A model generated the notes under the pieces. It did not search any database. It was not told where the DNA came from and saw only the letters and a program-made list of their open reading frames with translations. From an uncultured Methanosarcinales archaeon (GTDB lineage: Archaea; Nanobdellota; Nanobdellia; Woesearchaeales; CAXGTL01): a stretch of 32,898 nt of DNA. This document shows positions 28,546 to 32,898 of this stretch, piece after piece (position 1 is the stretch's first letter; each line of letters opens with the position of its first letter). The stretch is from contig CAZHVK010000015.1 of NCBI GenBank assembly GCA_964535955.1, forward strand, positions 1-32,898, in the 5' to 3' direction. The position numbers and the translations under genes were made by a program.

Positions 28546-28586
28546 CTATACCACCATTTTTTTATACATTTATATGTTTAAAATAA

Positions 28587-31500
28587 TTAAACATTTGCTT
28601 TATTAGCATTATATTCATTTTTAATTTGAGAATCACTAAACTTAGAATCATATATCTTTAACTCATCTAATGAACCCTTAAAATAAGGACCATCCAACCT
28701 AGAACCACATGTCCAAGCACCACCCAAAAAGACACAACAATTATCAAAAAAACCAAAATTAGCTTTAAATGTTTTCTTCAACTTACCATTAATATAAAAC
28801 TTTGCTGTTGGACCATCAAAAGTCGCAGCATAATGATACCATTTATTCATAGGAGGTTCATAATCTAAAGAATAATCAATTGGCCTTCTCCCGTCAAAAA
28901 ACTTAAACTTGGTTGGATGAAGTACAAATGCCCATGAACCACCACATTGTTTCTTTCTTTGTCTACGCTCAGAATAAATAATCCCATCATTTTCTCTTTT
29001 AACCCAAACCATGATAGTTGCTGCAGATTGACGTTCTAATATAGAATTATCACCAGATCTTCCACCATAAACTCTAACAAATTGATAATCTCCACTTAAT
29101 TTCAAAGCTTTTCCACTAACTCCAGTATCATATGTTCCTCCTGAAGTACCATGGTTTTTATTTCCTGAATAATCTATAGGATTATATCCTTTAAACCCTT
29201 CATCAGTATTCTGTTTCCCATCAAATTTATAATACAATAATAAACCCTCTGTTGGTAGATCTTTAACACACTTACCACTTTTACAGTGTTGTCCACTTGC
29301 ACATTTTCCAGGTCTATAATCAAGACAAGGATCAGAATCAGCATAAATACAATTATCTTTATTTAAACTATCTTTACACTTCCATGCATAAGGTGTACAA
29401 TCATTTTTACAACATTTTGCTATGTCATTAGGAGCATAACACTTTGCATCTGTACAAGTTTCTTGCTTTGTCCAATCAGTACAACCATTGCTTCCTTTTT
29501 TACAGACAAGAACATCATAATTATCACATTTACTTTGGCCTTCTGTGCATTCATCAGTACATGTTGCAACACATTGACCACCTGAACATTCTTTACCACT
29601 TGCACAACTTCCACATGATCCCCCACAACCATTATTACCACATTGTTTACCAATACAATCAGAAACACAAACACATTCACCATTAGAACACTCCTCATCA
29701 CTACCACATGCAACAATATCAATACTTAATTCTAAACATTCATCATCATCATAATTACCACATTCATAATAACCAGTACCAACTTCATTACAAGAAGTCT
29801 CACCGACTAAACATAATTCTTCACAAGGCTCTGCTACAGACACACATGCACCAGCTTCACATACGAAACCGTCACCGCAACCAGTCCATTCACCACCAAA
29901 TTCTAAACAACCATCTTCATTAGCATCAACACAGCCATAATAACCAGAAAATTCATCATCACATTGTGTTTGTTCTTGTGTACATTGATCAGTGCATTGT
30001 TGTAATGGTATTCCACATTTATTTTCTTCACAAACTTCACCAGCACCACAACCAACTAATTCACCACCAAACTCTAAACAACCATTCTCATCATAATCTC
30101 CACATTCATAATAACCATTTTCAACTTCATCACACTGTGTTTCTTGTTCTGCACATGCATCTTCACATGAAGTAACACCTACACAAACTTCATCAAGATC
30201 AATTGGCCATTTATTCCAGCCAGCACGTTCATCTAAACATGCTTGATAACCAACACCTTTTGGACAAGGTGGTATTGGTGAGTTCTGGCACTTACCTTCT
30301 GCAGTCAACACATCTAATGGATGTCTGCAACAATCCATTCCTGTTTCTTCGACAATAGTAAACTCATCTTGATCATCACCACAACAATATTCACTATCAA
30401 CAATCCAATCAAAGCCGCATTTCTCACACGATGCTTGATTATCATCAGGCTCTAGTTCTTCTTCAATCTCAACTTTAAAGCATTGACCAATCCAATCATC
30501 TTCATTACAATCTATTTCAGGTATCCAGTCACGAGACTTATCTTCTTTTTTACATGAATAAACTAATAAATACATTGTTCCTGGTTGTGTTTCATCAGGA
30601 TTAATCTCTATTGATTCTTCAACATCACCTCTTATCCAATTACTTGAACCAACAGCATCCTGGCTAAAGTCCATTATTGTCCAAGCATCATCATCTTCAT
30701 GTATCATAAGATATTTTTTATAAACATAATCTTCACCAACAACACTTAGCTTGACTTGCTCTGATGTTGTTGAACCAAATGCAAGACTTACTGTTTCTGG
30801 CTCAACAAAGAATATTCCAGTTGGATCACTAGGCTGGTATTCTCCAAAGTCGCATCTTGTTGGTATTTCAATACAATCAGGATCAATAGGATCACAATCT
30901 TCTAAACAACCATCACCTTGCTCACAAGTAGGAACTACAATTTCTCCACAATCTTCTGCACAACTTATTTCATCCTCGCCTTCTGAACAAGTATCATCAC
31001 CACAAACAGGTTCTATAATTTGTTCACAAGTACATTCATCACTACATGTAGAACATTCACCTAATTCATCACCATCACATTCTTCACCTTCATCAATCAG
31101 ATTATTACCACATTCAAGAACTTCTTCACATGTTTCTTCATAACTTTCAACACAATAAACTTCATCATAAACAGGAGTATAAGTGCAACCTTGTTTTACT
31201 GGTTCTTCAATTTCAACACAAAGAGGTGGTATTGGATAATTATTATAAATATCTTTTATCATTTCATCTGTTAATGGGCCATTAAATATCTTGAACTCAT
31301 CTAATAATCCCATAAGATTCGAACCGTGGCTAATTGCACCACGATATGCACCAACAGTAGGAAATGTATTCTTAATTGGTCCAGATCTATAACCATAATC
31401 TTCTGTCACTAATTTCTCACCATTAACATAAATCTTCATTCCTTCTGGACCCCAAGTGACTGTGTAGAAATACCATGCAGTAACAGGAGGTTCTGGAGTA

Positions 31501-32898
31501 AAAACTGCATCTGTCATGCCGACCCCATTATGTAATGAAAATTTATTTGAATAAAGTGAAAATGCAGGACTTGGTTTAGGTGCTAGTGCACGACGTTCTG
31601 AATAAACCATTCCATTATTCACTCTTTTAATCCAAGTCATTAAAGTACCAGCAGGAGTTAATGGAGTATTAGGTTCTGAACTGCCAAGATTACCTTTGCT
31701 AACTGCAACAGCATCTGTTTCACCATTAAGCCTTAAACATTTATCTAATACTCCTGTTACATAACTGCCACCAGTTGATCCAGATGTACCACCACCACCT
31801 ACGCCATGACGTTCATAGACAGTAGAATCTTTCACATTACCATATGCACCATCTGGCATAAGTTCATCATCGAATTTATAATATAATTGTAGATCAATGC
31901 AAGCATCAGCATAACAACCATATTCACAAGATATATCTTTGATTTCACAATTAGCTTGTTCATCACAAACAAACTCTTGCAATGTGTTAACATCTTTACA
32001 TTTGAATTGAATACAAGCACCATTTCTGCAACCAAATGTACATTCAATTTGTTTTGTGCTCGGATTATTTTCTTCACATACTCTTTCATTCAATAAATTA
32101 TTAGTAGCATCATAAACATCATCACAAACATCTTCTTGAGTCTTTTTAATTTCATTAGTTGTACGACCTTTGACAAATACATTTAAATCATCTGAATCAG
32201 TACATGTTCTTGGAACACAAGCACATTCTTCTGTACATGCAGAACAAGTTCCTAAATCATTGCCATCACATTCCTCGCCCTTTTCTATAATATTATTACC
32301 ACATTCAGGACAATCATTGTCAAGATTACCATCGCAATCACTATCCAAATTATCACCACAGATTTCTTCAACTGGTTCACCTTTAACACAACTATCTGTT
32401 TCAAAACCATCAACACAACTAAGTTCACCAACAGATGCACAAACACCTACACCACATGTTGTTGCAGTAGAAACATAATCATCATTATATTCACCATCAC
32501 AATCTTCATCAAGCTCATTACAATTATTATCCAAACCATCTGGATTTATCAAATTATTAGTATCATCACAATCATTTGCATTATCAACTAATCCTGTTTC
32601 AGCTGTTATTGCGCATTCAGTTGTTTCAACAGCAGACTCTTGATCACCAAACCCATCACCATCTTTATCTTGATACTTTGTGATTTCAAATCCTTCATCA
32701 ATCACACCATCACAATCTTCATCAATTCCATTACACACAGATTCAACAGCAATATCTACAATATCAATATAATCACATCCATTACATCTTTTACCTAATT
32801 CAGTTGCATGACATTGTCCTTGTTGTTCTGATGTACATTCACAACAACCTTCATTTACTTTATCATCACAATTATTATCTAAATTATCTTCACAATTT
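28587..32898 (-). CDS. Giant Cys/acid-rich surface protein with two LamG-like domains; 5' end lies beyond the window
   Basis: The frame stays open to the right edge (NCEDNLDNNCDD...). Contains CNGIDEDCDG metal-binding repeats, CGNN..E.GEECDG repeats and two YYKFD...LDE.KI domains. Confidence 0.88.
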   Translation of the reverse strand, partial: NCEDNLDNNCDDKVNEGCCECTSEQQGQCHATELGKRCNGCDYIDIVDIAVESVCNGIDEDCDGVIDEGFEITKYQDKDGDGFGDQESAVETTECAITAETGLVDNANDCDDTNNLINPDGLDNNCNELDEDCDGEYNDDYVSTATTCGVGVCASVGELSCVDGFETDSCVKGEPVEEICGDNLDSDCDGNLDNDCPECGNNIIEKGEECDGNDLGTCSACTEECACVPRTCTDSDDLNVFVKGRTTNEIKKTQEDVCDDVYDATNNLLNERVCEENNPSTKQIECTFGCRNGACIQFKCKDVNTLQEFVCDEQANCEIKDISCEYGCYADACIDLQLYYKFDDELMPDGAYGNVKDSTVYERHGVGGGGTSGSTGGSYVTGVLDKCLRLNGETDAVAVSKGNLGSSEPNTPLTPAGTLMTWIKRVNNGMVYSERRALAPKPSPAFSLYSNKFSLHNGVGMTDAVFTPEPPVTAWYFYTVTWGPEGMKIYVNGEKLVTEDYGYRSGPIKNTFPTVGAYRGAISHGSNLMGLLDEFKIFNGPLTDEMIKDIYNNYPIPPLCVEIEEPVKQGCTYTPVYDEVYCVESYEETCEEVLECGNNLIDEGEECDGDELGECSTCSDECTCEQIIEPVCGDDTCSEGEDEISCAEDCGEIVVPTCEQGDGCLEDCDPIDPDCIEIPTRCDFGEYQPSDPTGIFFVEPETVSLAFGSTTSEQVKLSVVGEDYVYKKYLMIHEDDDAWTIMDFSQDAVGSSNWIRGDVEESIEINPDETQPGTMYLLVYSCKKEDKSRDWIPEIDCNEDDWIGQCFKVEIEEELEPDDNQASCEKCGFDWIVDSEYCCGDDQDEFTIVEETGMDCCRHPLDVLTAEGKCQNSPIPPCPKGVGYQACLDERAGWNKWPIDLDEVCVGVTSCEDACAEQETQCDEVENGYYECGDYDENGCLEFGGELVGCGAGEVCEENKCGIPLQQCTDQCTQEQTQCDDEFSGYYGCVDANEDGCLEFGGEWTGCGDGFVCEAGACVSVAEPCEELCLVGETSCNEVGTGYYECGNYDDDECLELSIDIVACGSDEECSNGECVCVSDCIGKQCGNNGCGGSCGSCASGKECSGGQCVATCTDECTEGQSKCDNYDVLVCKKGSNGCTDWTKQETCTDAKCYAPNDIAKCCKNDCTPYAWKCKDSLNKDNCIYADSDPCLDYRPGKCASGQHCKSGKCVKDLPTEGLLLYYKFDGKQNTDEGFKGYNPIDYSGNKNHGTSGGTYDTGVSGKALKLSGDYQFVRVYGGRSGDNSILERQSAATIMVWVKRENDGIIYSERRQRKKQCGGSWAFVLHPTKFKFFDGRRPIDYSLDYEPPMNKWYHYAATFDGPTAKFYINGKLKKTFKANFGFFDNCCVFLGGAWTCGSRLDGPYFKGSLDELKIYDSKFSDSQIKNEYNANKANV

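Noticed and set aside
28546..28548. Genome-wide TAG recoding
   Set aside because: TAG terminates elp3 at its expected C-terminus, and also the ORFs ending at 8789 and 19314.
25855..32898. DGR template/variable repeat pair or CRISPR array
   Set aside because: The repeats are coding, either identical or synonymously diverged rather than adenine-specific. There is no reverse transcriptase and no regular repeat-spacer period.

Overview
AT-rich archaeal chromosome segment. The gene content and TATA-led leaderless genes suggest a DPANN lineage such as Woesearchaeota (inference). Left to right it holds: a partial type II/IV-pilus ATPase and a helical-repeat partner; a DegT-like PLP enzyme; a class-III-signal protein; kae1; a bacterial-type long RelA/SpoT homologue; a CBS protein; a beta-propeller lipoprotein; a nucleotidyltransferase-HEPN fusion; a roughly 5.5 kb Shine-Dalgarno-led array of small unknown genes; elp3; and two paralogous Cys-rich LamG surface proteins. 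The main result is that kae1 is interrupted by a 13-nt insertion (7526-7538) carrying an in-frame stop. The insertion sits exactly in a bulge-helix-bulge/loop motif, and canonical tRNA-splicing-endonuclease cuts would restore the conserved GIESTAHT motif. It is therefore a candidate pre-mRNA micro-intron in an archaeal protein-coding gene. Other notable features are a MITE-like or structured element (4419-4615), a G-quadruplex-like tract (6144-6244), two signal-peptide genes lacking canonical starts, and identical DNA patches shared by the surface-protein paralogues.
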